NCBI GenBank assembly: GCA_964384035.1
Contig: CAYLIB010000005.1
Span: 41,107 to 105,106, forward strand
Direction of reading: 5' to 3'
DNA from: an uncultured Candidatus Saccharibacteria bacterium
GTDB taxonomy: Bacteria; Patescibacteriota; Doudnabacteria; UBA920
Length of the DNA: 64,000 nt
Shown piece after piece: positions 19,528-29,254 of the stretch. Under the pieces are notes generated by a model. It ran no database searches. It was not told the origin of the DNA and saw only the letters and a list, made by a program, of their open reading frames with translations. Position numbers and translations under genes: made by a program. Positions within the stretch are counted from its first letter, which is position 1. Each line of letters begins with the position of its first letter.

Positions 19528-19545
19528 ATCGTATATAATTTAGTT

Positions 19546-20223
19546 ATGGCAAGTTTTAGAACACATATCTCATTTGGAATAGCAGGGGCGATTCTTGGAA
19601 TTATAGGAATGATGACTATTGGTTTCTCCGGAGGACCACAAATTTACATGGTTGCTTTTACGTTGTTTAGTTTAGGGTCTATTTTACCAGACATGGATAG
19701 TGATTCAAGTATACCTTTTCATGTTGCGTTTGGATCGCTGAGTATAGTTTCGGCTGTGTTAATGTTTTTTTATTCGGCTAGGCATTTTCCGGGAGATTGG
19801 GTGAATATTTTTGGTGCGACAGCCTTAGTTGTATTAGTTGTGTGGGGAGTGGTGGGTTATATTTTTAAAAAATTTACACACCATAGGGGAATAGTACATT
19901 CTATTCCTTCTGGTTTACTTTCGGGTTTAGTAGTATTTTTTGTAGCTTCTAGATATTTGGATAGTGACCAGGATGCATTTTTGTTAGGAGTTGCGATGAT
20001 GCTTGGATTCGTGCTTCATCTTGTAATAGATGAATTCTACGCTTTTATAAATCCTAAGGGAGATTTTTTAAATCCTAACCAGGCTTTTGGAAGCGCTTTA
20101 AAATTAAAGTCCCATAATCATTTTATTACGGTTGTTGTTTATAGTTTAATTGTGTTTTTGATGTCTGGAAATTATTCTCGATTGAGTAATTTAGCGAATA
20201 GTTTTATTGCTAATTTTAAATAA
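19546..20223 (+). CDS. Inner-membrane metal-dependent hydrolase (YdjM family)
   Basis: FRTH, GSILPDMD, HHRGIVHS, HLVIDE motifs. Confidence 0.85.
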   Translation: MASFRTHISFGIAGAILGIIGMMTIGFSGGPQIYMVAFTLFSLGSILPDMDSDSSIPFHVAFGSLSIVSAVLMFFYSARHFPGDWVNIFGATALVVLVVWGVVGYIFKKFTHHRGIVHSIPSGLLSGLVVFFVASRYLDSDQDAFLLGVAMMLGFVLHLVIDEFYAFINPKGDFLNPNQAFGSALKLKSHNHFITVVVYSLIVFLMSGNYSRLSNLANSFIANFK

Positions 20224-20225
20224 TT

Positions 20226-21167
20226 TTAAGTGTTACAAACACGGTTAAATTCATTTATATCTTGCTGACTTGGGATGGTGGGCGAGGTCGTATCTATAGA
20301 ACTTAATATAGAATCCCTCCCAGATACATGTTCCATACCTAGAGCGTGGCCAAGTTCATGAGTGAGTGTGGAAAGTAGATTTAACTTGTTTCCATAACTA
20401 TAAATTTTTATAGACTCAGGTTCGTTTTCGAAGGCACTAAAATATTCTCCTAAAATAAAGTTTTCCGGGAGTTTTTTTGTTAATGTGTTTATTTGGTCGT
20501 TTGTGGTGTTAAAGGAATTTGCCGCTTCGTCTAACTTTTTTCTACTTTCTTCTAAGAGATTATAGTTTTCTTCTGAGTTGTTATTTTGATAATTTGCTAA
20601 AGCCAGGTTGTAGTCATTTTTTAACAAATCGTAATAAGCATCTTGCTCAGCCAGGAGGGCTTTAAGTGAATTGGTGGTTTGAGTTATTTTCTGTCTTTCA
20701 TCGTACACGAAGTCTATGGTTAATACTGCTTTGGCTTCGTTGTATTCGAATAAATTTAAACCACTTTGCTTTTCCCAAATGCTTTCCGCTTCTTCTAGGA
20801 TGTTTTTGACTTCCCCAGTGGTTATGCCGAAATTTGGGTTAATGTAGGAAATTTTGTAGTAAATAGTATTACTGCATCTGTTTTTTGATTGTGTATGTGT
20901 ATTTTTTTGCGTGTTTACCCGATCCCTTAAAGTTGGGTTAAGTTTTGTAGTTGGGTTAGTGGTTTCGATTGAGAGTACATTTCCAGGTTGTTTTATAGGG
21001 GAAGTGGTTTTTGTTCTTTTGTTTTTGGTCTCGGCTGAGTAGTGGAATACTAATAGGACAGCGATGGTAAGACCAGCGAGGAATTTAAAAAACATAATTA
21101 AAAACTCACCCGGTTGTACCCGGGCATCTTCTTTATCTTGTTCGGTTTTTGCTGTATATTGGTCCAT
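20226..21167 (-). CDS. Matrixin (M10) family metalloprotease, membrane anchored
   Basis: HELGHALGMEH zinc motif; N-terminal TM; internal coiled coil. Confidence 0.85.
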   Translation of the reverse strand: MDQYTAKTEQDKEDARVQPGEFLIMFFKFLAGLTIAVLLVFHYSAETKNKRTKTTSPIKQPGNVLSIETTNPTTKLNPTLRDRVNTQKNTHTQSKNRCSNTIYYKISYINPNFGITTGEVKNILEEAESIWEKQSGLNLFEYNEAKAVLTIDFVYDERQKITQTTNSLKALLAEQDAYYDLLKNDYNLALANYQNNNSEENYNLLEESRKKLDEAANSFNTTNDQINTLTKKLPENFILGEYFSAFENEPESIKIYSYGNKLNLLSTLTHELGHALGMEHVSGRDSILSSIDTTSPTIPSQQDINEFNRVCNT

Positions 21168-21303
21168 AATCTGACCAAAGATACTAGCATTTTCATGGTT
21201 TTAGTCAATTAGTAGGTAAATTCTATACATTTGTTGTCAGAAATAATTAAAGAACCTATTTTTTTAATAGAAATGTTATAATAAGAGGGATAAACTATAT
21301 CAA

Positions 21304-22344
21304 ATGAAAGAAAAATTAGTAGAAATAATAAAATTAGCTGTTAGGGCGCCTTCTGGGGATAATAAACAGCCTTGGCGGTTTGAAATGGTAGGGGAGGATG
21401 CGGTTTTGGTGTATAACAAGCCCGAAGCAGATAAGAGTTTGTATAACTATGAACAGTATGCCTCGTACATTGCCATAGGGTGTTTACTTTTTAATATAGA
21501 GGTTATAGCAAAGCAGTTTAGTTTGGGTTTTAGCGAAGAATTGTTCCCAAGTCCGGATGATTCTAATTTGGTTGCTAGTTTGGTATTTATAGAAAACCAG
21601 AGTAATGAATCTAAATATTTTGAAAGTATAAAACTTAGGGCTACTAACAGGTTTCCCTTCTTGGATAAGTTATTGCCAGAGGATTTTAAGCACGAAATTT
21701 CTAGTATTTCTGGAGTAAAACTAATAGAGAATAAGGAGCAAATGCAGGAGTTTGGTAAGTTGGTTGCGGTGAATGAGATAGTACTCCTAGAAAATAAGAT
21801 AATGCATGATTCTTTTTTTGAGGATATGGTTTGGACTACGGAGGAAGAGAAAACCAGAAAAGAAGGTTTATCTTTTGATACTATGGCACTTAAAGGACCT
21901 GCTGCATTTATGTTTAAGAGGTTTCGTTCATGGGGTTTTTTAAACTTTATGAACAAATTTTCAATAGCAAAAAAGGTGGCAGAGGAGAATTCGAAATCTT
22001 GGGGTTCTGGATCTGGGGTATTTGCTGTTACTAGTGATTTGGATAGTTCTAAAGATGCGGTGAATTCGGGAAAGATATTTGAAGAGTGTTGGTTATTGGC
22101 AACTAAGTATGGATTGGCGTTTCAGCCGGTATCTGGAGTTATTTTTTTAGCTAGGAGAATTTTAAAAGGTGACAAAACGACTTTTAATGAAGAGCACCAA
22201 AAATTAATTTTAGATACTTATAGCAAACTTGGTGAAATTTTTAAGGTAAGACCGGAAGAGTTAAGGATGGTATTTAGGATTGGTTTTGGTCCTGATTTGC
22301 AGATAAAAACATCGAGAAAAGACCCTGAAATAAGTTATAAATAA
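21304..22344 (+). CDS. Nitroreductase-fold (Acg/Rv1355c C-terminal-like) oxidoreductase
   Basis: AVRAPSGDNKQPWRF, RATNR, G...E..WLLAT..GLAFQP, FRIG. Confidence 0.85.
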   Translation: MKEKLVEIIKLAVRAPSGDNKQPWRFEMVGEDAVLVYNKPEADKSLYNYEQYASYIAIGCLLFNIEVIAKQFSLGFSEELFPSPDDSNLVASLVFIENQSNESKYFESIKLRATNRFPFLDKLLPEDFKHEISSISGVKLIENKEQMQEFGKLVAVNEIVLLENKIMHDSFFEDMVWTTEEEKTRKEGLSFDTMALKGPAAFMFKRFRSWGFLNFMNKFSIAKKVAEENSKSWGSGSGVFAVTSDLDSSKDAVNSGKIFEECWLLATKYGLAFQPVSGVIFLARRILKGDKTTFNEEHQKLILDTYSKLGEIFKVRPEELRMVFRIGFGPDLQIKTSRKDPEISYK

Positions 22345-23870
22345 TGAAAACTGAAACAGTACAACAAAACTTTGTAAATTTTCAAAAACAAACTAACTGG
22401 GTAAAAGAGTACTCAGAATTTGATACAAAAAAATTTGAAAAGGAACTAAAAAATAAGAAACCCGAGTTTTGGGAAAAGGTTGCAGAGGAAAAAGCTTTAA
22501 AAGTATTTGAATATGCTAGTAAGACTGTTCCTGCTTATAAAGATTTTTTAAAAAAGAATAAAGTTAACCTTTCTAAAGTAAGATCTATTGAGGATTTTAA
22601 GCATGTCCCTACTATAAATAAGCAAAATTATATTGCGGAATATGAGCTTAAGGATAGAGTGTCTTCCAATTCAAAAGGTTTTGTGGTAGCGGCTAGTTCT
22701 GGAACCAGTGGTGAGCCAAAGTTTTGGCCTAGAGGTGGATACCAGGAGTTTGAAGCGGGGGTTATACATGAGCTTTTTTATAGAAGTGCATTTGGTATTG
22801 GAAGTAAAAAGACTCTAATTGTTATTGGTTTTCCTATGGGGGTATACGTTTCGGGAATGGCTACGGTGCTTCCTACCTGGTTAGTTAGCCAAAAACTAGA
22901 ATATAATTTGAGCATTGCGAGTGTTGGTAATAATAAGAATGAGTTATTGAGGGTTGTGTCTAACTTACATATGGATTTTGAGCAGGTTATTTTAGTTGGA
23001 CATCCTTTTTTCATAAAAGACTGTATAGAGACTGGAAAAAGTGAAGGAATAAAGTGGTCCAAGATGAATTTGGGTTTATTTTTTTGTAGTGAAGGATTTA
23101 CTGAAGGATGGAGAGATTATGTTGCTAGTGAAGCTGGGTTAGGGATTGGTACAGAAAGAATAATTAGTACTTATGGTTGTTCAGAAATGTTATTGATAGG
23201 TAATGAGACACCTCTAACGCTTAAATTAAGGAGATTTCTTACAAAGAATATTAAGGTAAATACAGAACTGTTCGGGGAAACATTAGTGCCAAGTCTTTTC
23301 CAATATAACCCTTTGTTTCGATACATAGAGCAAGTTCAAGGTAATTTAGTTTTTACTTCCGCGAGCGGAACACCTTTAGTAAGATTCGATTTGAAAGATG
23401 CCGGAAAGTTAATGCCTTTTAAAACTGTTCAGGAAAAAATGAGCATATTAGAAATGAAAGATTTACTAGAAACTAGTGCTAATTTGCCTTTAGTTGCTTT
23501 GAAGGGTAGAAGTGATCATACAATAATTTTTTATGCTGCGAATATATATCCTGAACATATTCATCAAGCTTTGAATCAAAAACCTTTTTTGAAGTTTCTC
23601 ACTGGAAAATTTACTTTAAAGAAACTATATAAAAAGAATATGGATGAATATTTGGAGGTTCATGTTGAGAGTAGACCGGGTATAAGTACACCAAAAAGGT
23701 TTGTAGATTCTTTAACTAAGACAATGGTAGCTACTCTAGGCTCGCTTAATATGGAGTATAGGTTTTTACAGAAACATCTAGATAAAGATATTGTTCCAAG
23801 AATTGTACTACATACATATCAGGATGAATCTTATTTTAAACCTGGATTAAAACCAAAGTATATAATATAA
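22344..23870 (+). CDS. Phenylacetate-CoA ligase (PaaK)-like adenylate-forming enzyme
   Basis: VPAY, SSGTSGEP, SEG, YGCSE, PLVRFDLKD, GRSD, GANxYP-like (AANIYP). Confidence 0.85.
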   Translation: MKTETVQQNFVNFQKQTNWVKEYSEFDTKKFEKELKNKKPEFWEKVAEEKALKVFEYASKTVPAYKDFLKKNKVNLSKVRSIEDFKHVPTINKQNYIAEYELKDRVSSNSKGFVVAASSGTSGEPKFWPRGGYQEFEAGVIHELFYRSAFGIGSKKTLIVIGFPMGVYVSGMATVLPTWLVSQKLEYNLSIASVGNNKNELLRVVSNLHMDFEQVILVGHPFFIKDCIETGKSEGIKWSKMNLGLFFCSEGFTEGWRDYVASEAGLGIGTERIISTYGCSEMLLIGNETPLTLKLRRFLTKNIKVNTELFGETLVPSLFQYNPLFRYIEQVQGNLVFTSASGTPLVRFDLKDAGKLMPFKTVQEKMSILEMKDLLETSANLPLVALKGRSDHTIIFYAANIYPEHIHQALNQKPFLKFLTGKFTLKKLYKKNMDEYLEVHVESRPGISTPKRFVDSLTKTMVATLGSLNMEYRFLQKHLDKDIVPRIVLHTYQDESYFKPGLKPKYII

Positions 23871-23891
23871 AGACAGGCAAAAAACAAAAAA

Positions 23892-25568
23892 ATGAATTTG
23901 CTTCTTTCTCATGATTTAGAATTTTCAGTATTTATTATTGCAGTAATTGCTAATTTTAGCTTAGCTGTTGCTGTTCTTAGGTTTGCCGCTAAAGATAGGT
24001 CTAGGTATTTCTTCACTTATTTTGTTACTACGCAGTTATTCTGGATAATTGTGAATTTCTACTCATTTAGGGTTAATTTTGAGAGTTATCTATGGTGGTC
24101 GAGATTCATTTTATTCACTTCTCCTTTTCATGCATTTAGTTTTTTCTTATTTATTTCTACTTTTTTAGATCCGAAAAAAAAGTTAAATTCGAAATTATAC
24201 GTCCCACTAATCGTAAGTATGATTTTAGTGGCTCTTTTTACTATGACTCCGTATGTTTTGCAGACCATAACACAAGATTCGGCTGGGGCTAGGAATGCTG
24301 TGTTTGCTAAGACGGCGGGTATTTATTTGCTTTATATATTTATTTGTATTGGAGGGGGTTTTGTAGTTTTAATTAAGAGGTTTAGGAAGTCGGTGGGTGA
24401 ACAGCACAAGCAGTGGTTAAATTTACTAACGGGTTTAGCTCTCACGTTTTTTTTAGTTTTGGTTTTTAGTCTCTTTAACCCATTAATCTTTGGAAATATT
24501 GAAACCGTTAGATTCGGACATTTGTTTACTTTGCCGTTTGTGGTTTTTACTGCTTACGCAATGATAAAACATCATTTGTTGAACTTGAAAGCTGTTTTAG
24601 CAGAAATTTCAGTAATGTTGTTAAACCTTTTTTTGCTTATACGGTTTATTACTTCGGAAGATGCTAATCAGTTCTTTGTTAACGGGTTTGTGCTCGTTGG
24701 CTCTATAGTTGTAGGAGTATATTTGGTTAAAGGTGTTTATAGGGAAATACACCAAAGGGAACAACTTCAGGTTTTGAATGATGAACTAGATAAAGCAAAT
24801 GCTAAATTACAAGATTTGGACAAAGCTAGGGCAGAATTTATTTCTATTGCCTCTCATCAGCTTAGAACCCCGCCTGCAACAATTAAGTGGTATTTGTCTG
24901 CTATTAAAAGTGGGGATTACGGTGCTATGGATAGTGGGGTTAGGGATACTATTGTGAAGGCGGAAATCACCAATAATGCTCAAATTTCGCTTATAGACGA
25001 TCTTTTGAATGCTTCCAGGATAGAGAGAGGTAAAATGGAGTTTTTGTTTGAGGAGGGCGATTTAGTGGCTTTGACTCAGATGGCCTACGACCAGTTGGTG
25101 CCACAGGCTTCTATGAAGAAATTAACTCTCAGCTTTACCAAACCTACCAAACAATTACCGCTAGTGGTTATGGATAAAGAAAAGTTAAGGCAGGTTATAA
25201 ATAATTTTATAGATAACGCTATTAAATATACGAGAAGTGGGGGAGTAGCGGTATCCATAATAGATGACGCAAATAATATGGGGGTTAAAGTAACTGATAC
25301 CGGTAAAGGGTTTAGTCCAGAAGTGGGTCCTGTGTTGTTTGAAAAATATACCAGAGGAAAGGACTCGGTAATGCACTCACAAGGTTTAGGTTTGGGGCTT
25401 TATGTAGCCAAGGTGATTATAGAAAAGCATAATGGGAAGATTTGGGCAGAAAGTCCTGGTGAAGAGAAAGGGTCTTCCTTCTGCTTTACTGTTCCGATAC
25501 ACAACACAATTACTCCAAGTAGTACAAGTACGTTAGATCTTACCCAATCTCAAAGTGAGCATAAGTGA
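23892..25568 (+). CDS. Sensor histidine kinase with N-terminal multi-TM (HisKA_7TM-like) sensor
   Basis: About 8-9 TM helices, ASHQLRTP H-box, NFIDNAIKYT, DTGKG, GLGLGLY, GSSFCF. Confidence 0.92.
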   Translation: MNLLLSHDLEFSVFIIAVIANFSLAVAVLRFAAKDRSRYFFTYFVTTQLFWIIVNFYSFRVNFESYLWWSRFILFTSPFHAFSFFLFISTFLDPKKKLNSKLYVPLIVSMILVALFTMTPYVLQTITQDSAGARNAVFAKTAGIYLLYIFICIGGGFVVLIKRFRKSVGEQHKQWLNLLTGLALTFFLVLVFSLFNPLIFGNIETVRFGHLFTLPFVVFTAYAMIKHHLLNLKAVLAEISVMLLNLFLLIRFITSEDANQFFVNGFVLVGSIVVGVYLVKGVYREIHQREQLQVLNDELDKANAKLQDLDKARAEFISIASHQLRTPPATIKWYLSAIKSGDYGAMDSGVRDTIVKAEITNNAQISLIDDLLNASRIERGKMEFLFEEGDLVALTQMAYDQLVPQASMKKLTLSFTKPTKQLPLVVMDKEKLRQVINNFIDNAIKYTRSGGVAVSIIDDANNMGVKVTDTGKGFSPEVGPVLFEKYTRGKDSVMHSQGLGLGLYVAKVIIEKHNGKIWAESPGEEKGSSFCFTVPIHNTITPSSTSTLDLTQSQSEHK

Positions 25569-25580
25569 TATAATTAACTT

Positions 25581-25865
25581 ATGAAGAAAATAGTAGAAAA
25601 TACTAAGGTTAAAGTTATAGAGACACAGAAGGAAGTGTATATGCAGACACTTACTTTGCTTGGTGGGGCGTTCGCTTTGGTGGCGGCTCTTGCTTGGAAT
25701 GAAGCTGTGAAAGCACTTATAGAAAAATTTTTTCCAGCGGGAAGCGATGTTTTTTCTAAGTTCTTATATGCAGTAGTTATAACGGTATTAGTTGTATTGG
25801 TTACTCGTTATATAAAGCAATTAGAATTAAAATATAAAGAAGTAGAAAAAACAGAAGTTAAATAA
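25581..25865 (+). CDS. DUF5654 family protein
   Basis: AFALVAALAWNEAVKALI...YAVVIT signature. Confidence 0.85.
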   Translation: MKKIVENTKVKVIETQKEVYMQTLTLLGGAFALVAALAWNEAVKALIEKFFPAGSDVFSKFLYAVVITVLVVLVTRYIKQLELKYKEVEKTEVK

Positions 25866-25866
25866 T

Positions 25867-26307
25867 ATGAAAACTTTTTATAACGAAATTAAGCTAACTA
25901 CATCTAAACAGTTTGAAGTAGTAGATATAACAGAGAAAGTTCTGGAATTAGTAAGAGAGGCTAAAATAAGAGAAGGTGTTGTTACAATTCAATGTCCGCA
26001 CACTACAGCAAGTGTGCGCCTTAATAACTATGAAAGTTTGTTAACTCAGGATATGTTTAAGGCAATGTACAGGTTGGTTCCAGTAGATGTTAGTTATAGT
26101 CACGATTTATTTGAACTTAGGGCAAAAATAAGTGGTCAGGACAGAACCAATGGACATGCTCATATAAAAGCTTTTTTGATGGGAAGTTCAGAGAGTGTAA
26201 TAATAAAAGACGGAAAATTAATGTTGGGTGGTACTCAGAGCGTTCTGTTTATTGAATTTGATGGAGGGAGAAACAGGGCTGTGCAGGTGAGTATTATGGG
26301 AGAGTAA
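25867..26307 (+). CDS. yjbQ: YjbQ/UPF0047 family protein
   Basis: DIT, HTTA, NGHAHIKA, LGGTQ, EFDGGRNR. Confidence 0.9.
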   Translation: MKTFYNEIKLTTSKQFEVVDITEKVLELVREAKIREGVVTIQCPHTTASVRLNNYESLLTQDMFKAMYRLVPVDVSYSHDLFELRAKISGQDRTNGHAHIKAFLMGSSESVIIKDGKLMLGGTQSVLFIEFDGGRNRAVQVSIMGE

Positions 26308-26310
26308 CTA

Positions 26311-27207
26311 ATGCCAAGTACAGTAAAGAAATTAGTTTTAGCCAGTGTAATAGGATTTATTCTCGTAGTCACCTTAGGTGGCTACGCTTTGTTTAAGTAT
26401 GTGAAGAAGACCCCTAAAGTCGAGGTAAAACCTATCGAAGAGCAAAACATAACTCTTATAGAAGGTTGGACGCTTCATGACTATGCAGAAAAAATAGAGA
26501 AAGAAAAAATTTCGAATAAAAAAGATTTTTATTCAGCATTAACTAAAGTGGATCGTTCGAAGTATTCATTTTTGGTTTCAGTACCCAAAGAGTCAGATTT
26601 GGAAGGGTTTTTATTTCCTGATACCTATAGGATTATAAAAGGTGACGAGGTAACTTCGTTGATATCTAAAACTCTCGAGAATTTTGATAGAAAAACAAAG
26701 AAATTAAGGGTAAATGATGATGAAAGATTCATAATTTCGGGTTATGAGAGTTTAAGTATAGCTGGAAAAAAAGGTTTGTCCCTTTATGAAGTGGTTACAC
26801 TTGCTTCTATTTTAGAAAAAGAAACAGGGACAGACCTAAGTAAAAGAGGATCGGATCAGACTCAACGGCTTATAGACGAAAGAAAGATAGTTGCCGGTAT
26901 ATTTTTAAATAGACTTTTAATTGGACAAGCGCTTGAAAGTGATGCGACGATCAATTACATAACCGGGAAAGATTTGGCATCGCCTACAGCAAAGGATCTT
27001 GAGAGGAACTCAGCCTATAATACATATAAATTTCCAGGACTTCCTCCAGGGCCTATATGCAATCCTTCTGTAATGAGCATAGAAGCAGTAATAAATCCGA
27101 CAAAAACTAATTACTATTATTTTCTACATAAACAACCCTCAGGCGAAGTAGTCTATAGTAAGACTTTCGAAGAGCATGTAAATAACAAGTTTAAGTATCT
27201 GAAATAA
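26311..27207 (+). CDS. mltG: Endolytic transglycosylase MltG
   Basis: LEGFLFPDTY, ASILEKE, LESDAT, YNTY..PGLPPGPICNP, YYFL. Confidence 0.92.
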   Translation: MPSTVKKLVLASVIGFILVVTLGGYALFKYVKKTPKVEVKPIEEQNITLIEGWTLHDYAEKIEKEKISNKKDFYSALTKVDRSKYSFLVSVPKESDLEGFLFPDTYRIIKGDEVTSLISKTLENFDRKTKKLRVNDDERFIISGYESLSIAGKKGLSLYEVVTLASILEKETGTDLSKRGSDQTQRLIDERKIVAGIFLNRLLIGQALESDATINYITGKDLASPTAKDLERNSAYNTYKFPGLPPGPICNPSVMSIEAVINPTKTNYYYFLHKQPSGEVVYSKTFEEHVNNKFKYLK

Positions 27208-27214
27208 AAATAAA

Positions 27215-29254
27215 ATGTACTCACAACCTGAGCGGGGATACGATAACTCTAAGCATAATAGAATTGAAGAATTTCAGAGTGCGGGTTTTTCCGACGGAGA
27301 CTTGGTAGTGTTAAGAATTGGTTTGGTGGGAAAAAATATTTATAAGTTAGAATTCAACGAAGACTCAGCTTATCCGGTGAGATTGTTAAGTTATAATCCC
27401 GATACAGGCAATACTTATGGTAGTCCATTGGGATTGGAAGGGTTAAAGCCGGAGAGGTTAGAAAAATACAATCCAAATATAGAAAAACCAATTTCAGGTG
27501 AATTTATCGACCAATCTGTAGCAAGATTTAGTAAGTTATGGGATAGACCCCCATATCGTGATGAAAGGACTTGGAGGGATATTGCTGGAACAGTTAGATT
27601 GCTCAAGACATTAACTAAAGATCCTGGTTCTGCTTTTATAATTGATGATGAGTTAAAGGGATTAGTTTCGACTGATCCAACTTTTAACCAGCAAATGAAT
27701 GAACTTTTGCTTACTTTACAGATAGGAAGGCTTCCAAAGCAGGAACAGAAGGCAAGGATGGTAGATAGTTTAAAACAAGGTGACTTTGTGGTTATAGATT
27801 CTTTAAATGGGTTTAGGCAGATATTTTTGTGTCAGGGTGATTTATTTACAGAAATGCACGAAACCAAAAAGGTGATTACGGGAATTCTTGAACCACCCAA
27901 GAATAGAGTTGAAATGAATAGGTTTTTAGAAGAAAAATATGCAGAGGGTGCAGAAATTACGAAAGCGGATAATCTTATACAAGCCAGAACTACTAAGTCT
28001 AATTTTAGTGAATTAAAACAAAGAACTACTGAGGCTAATAGACAAATTGTTGCAAAATTAAGAGAAGGTGACTCAGTTCAAATAGGTAGAGTTGTCTACA
28101 CACTAGAAGAAAATAATAAGGTAATGAAGGAGATGTATGGCGAACATTTCACAGGTACTGCTATTGTTGAATTTATTACAAAGGAAGAATTTGTTCGTTT
28201 GGCTGAAAGCGGAGAAGTCAAATTAAATGTTGATTTCAAAAAACAGGAAGTAGAGATAAAAAATCCTGATATAGGAAAAGATATAGATGCAGAGAAAAAT
28301 GCTTTGGAGCTTATAAACGCAGGTTTTTTTAAAAGTGGTGAGGGTTGGATACCTCATGCTTTAGAGAAGCGAGAAAGGGCGATTTTAAATAAGTATTCAG
28401 GTAAAACAAAAGAGGTCTTAGAGGAGATAATTACAAGTCCTTCAGCGCAAAGGGCTAGGGCTATTTGTTATTTTGTATCAGCGTTGCAGGAGATAAAATA
28501 TCAGGACCCAGAGATGTTTCTTCAGACATCTGCTAGGTCGATTAGAATTAAAGATGGGAAAGTTCAAGCAAGAGTATTGGGTTTGGTTGAAAGTATGTCG
28601 CCGGAAGATTGTAGAAAAATTTTAGGAGACAAAGACGGGTGGATATCAGTAGACTCAGAGGTTTTAAATTCTACGATAAGTACATATTCATTTAGTGACC
28701 AAGCAAGTATTTATTTGGAATATGCATTTCGCTCTACTGTATCCAGAATAAAAAATTCAAAAAAAGGAAGTACGGAAAGTTTGGATGAAAGAGGTCTAAG
28801 ACCTTACGAAGAAGGGAATGCACATAGGGCACTCCATTGGATACTTTCTTCCGAGGTTGCACAAAAAGTGAAAATAGGAAAGAATCAATTTGCTTTACGG
28901 TTAACGGACGAACTGCGAAGTGCCGAAGAATTTGTTTTCAATAAATTACATTTAGCTGATGATGGGAAGCTTCCTGAGTATTTTGTAACATTAAGCTCAC
29001 CTTTTTTCATGAGAGAAGAAGATGGCTCAGAGAAAGGGGTTATTTTTGGGGAGTTACAAGACGGAAAAAATTATATTATTTATAAACATAGTTATCCTAT
29101 AATTTCAGTTCAAGGATCTAGAATTCAATTAACCAATATTCAAAATTCTGTGGGTAAGCCGGTTGAAATTACAAGAAATGACTTTGGAAGAATGATTTCT
29201 TCAGTACAGGCGGTGAAAATAAAAAAACGCTATCCAGCACTTAAGCTAGGATAG
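27215..29254 (+). CDS. Large protein with C-terminal calpain-like (papain-fold) cysteine protease domain
   Basis: QRARAICYFVSAL (Q-x5-C), EGNAHRALHWI, KHSYPII, LTN; N-terminal ~380 aa unassigned. Confidence 0.55.
   Translation: MYSQPERGYDNSKHNRIEEFQSAGFSDGDLVVLRIGLVGKNIYKLEFNEDSAYPVRLLSYNPDTGNTYGSPLGLEGLKPERLEKYNPNIEKPISGEFIDQSVARFSKLWDRPPYRDERTWRDIAGTVRLLKTLTKDPGSAFIIDDELKGLVSTDPTFNQQMNELLLTLQIGRLPKQEQKARMVDSLKQGDFVVIDSLNGFRQIFLCQGDLFTEMHETKKVITGILEPPKNRVEMNRFLEEKYAEGAEITKADNLIQARTTKSNFSELKQRTTEANRQIVAKLREGDSVQIGRVVYTLEENNKVMKEMYGEHFTGTAIVEFITKEEFVRLAESGEVKLNVDFKKQEVEIKNPDIGKDIDAEKNALELINAGFFKSGEGWIPHALEKRERAILNKYSGKTKEVLEEIITSPSAQRARAICYFVSALQEIKYQDPEMFLQTSARSIRIKDGKVQARVLGLVESMSPEDCRKILGDKDGWISVDSEVLNSTISTYSFSDQASIYLEYAFRSTVSRIKNSKKGSTESLDERGLRPYEEGNAHRALHWILSSEVAQKVKIGKNQFALRLTDELRSAEEFVFNKLHLADDGKLPEYFVTLSSPFFMREEDGSEKGVIFGELQDGKNYIIYKHSYPIISVQGSRIQLTNIQNSVGKPVEITRNDFGRMISSVQAVKIKKRYPALKLG

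Noticed and set aside
16376-21167. Prophage, integron or IS explanation for the accessory genes
   Set aside because: No integrase, transposase, phage structural gene, terminal repeats or repeated attC-like sites were recognisable.
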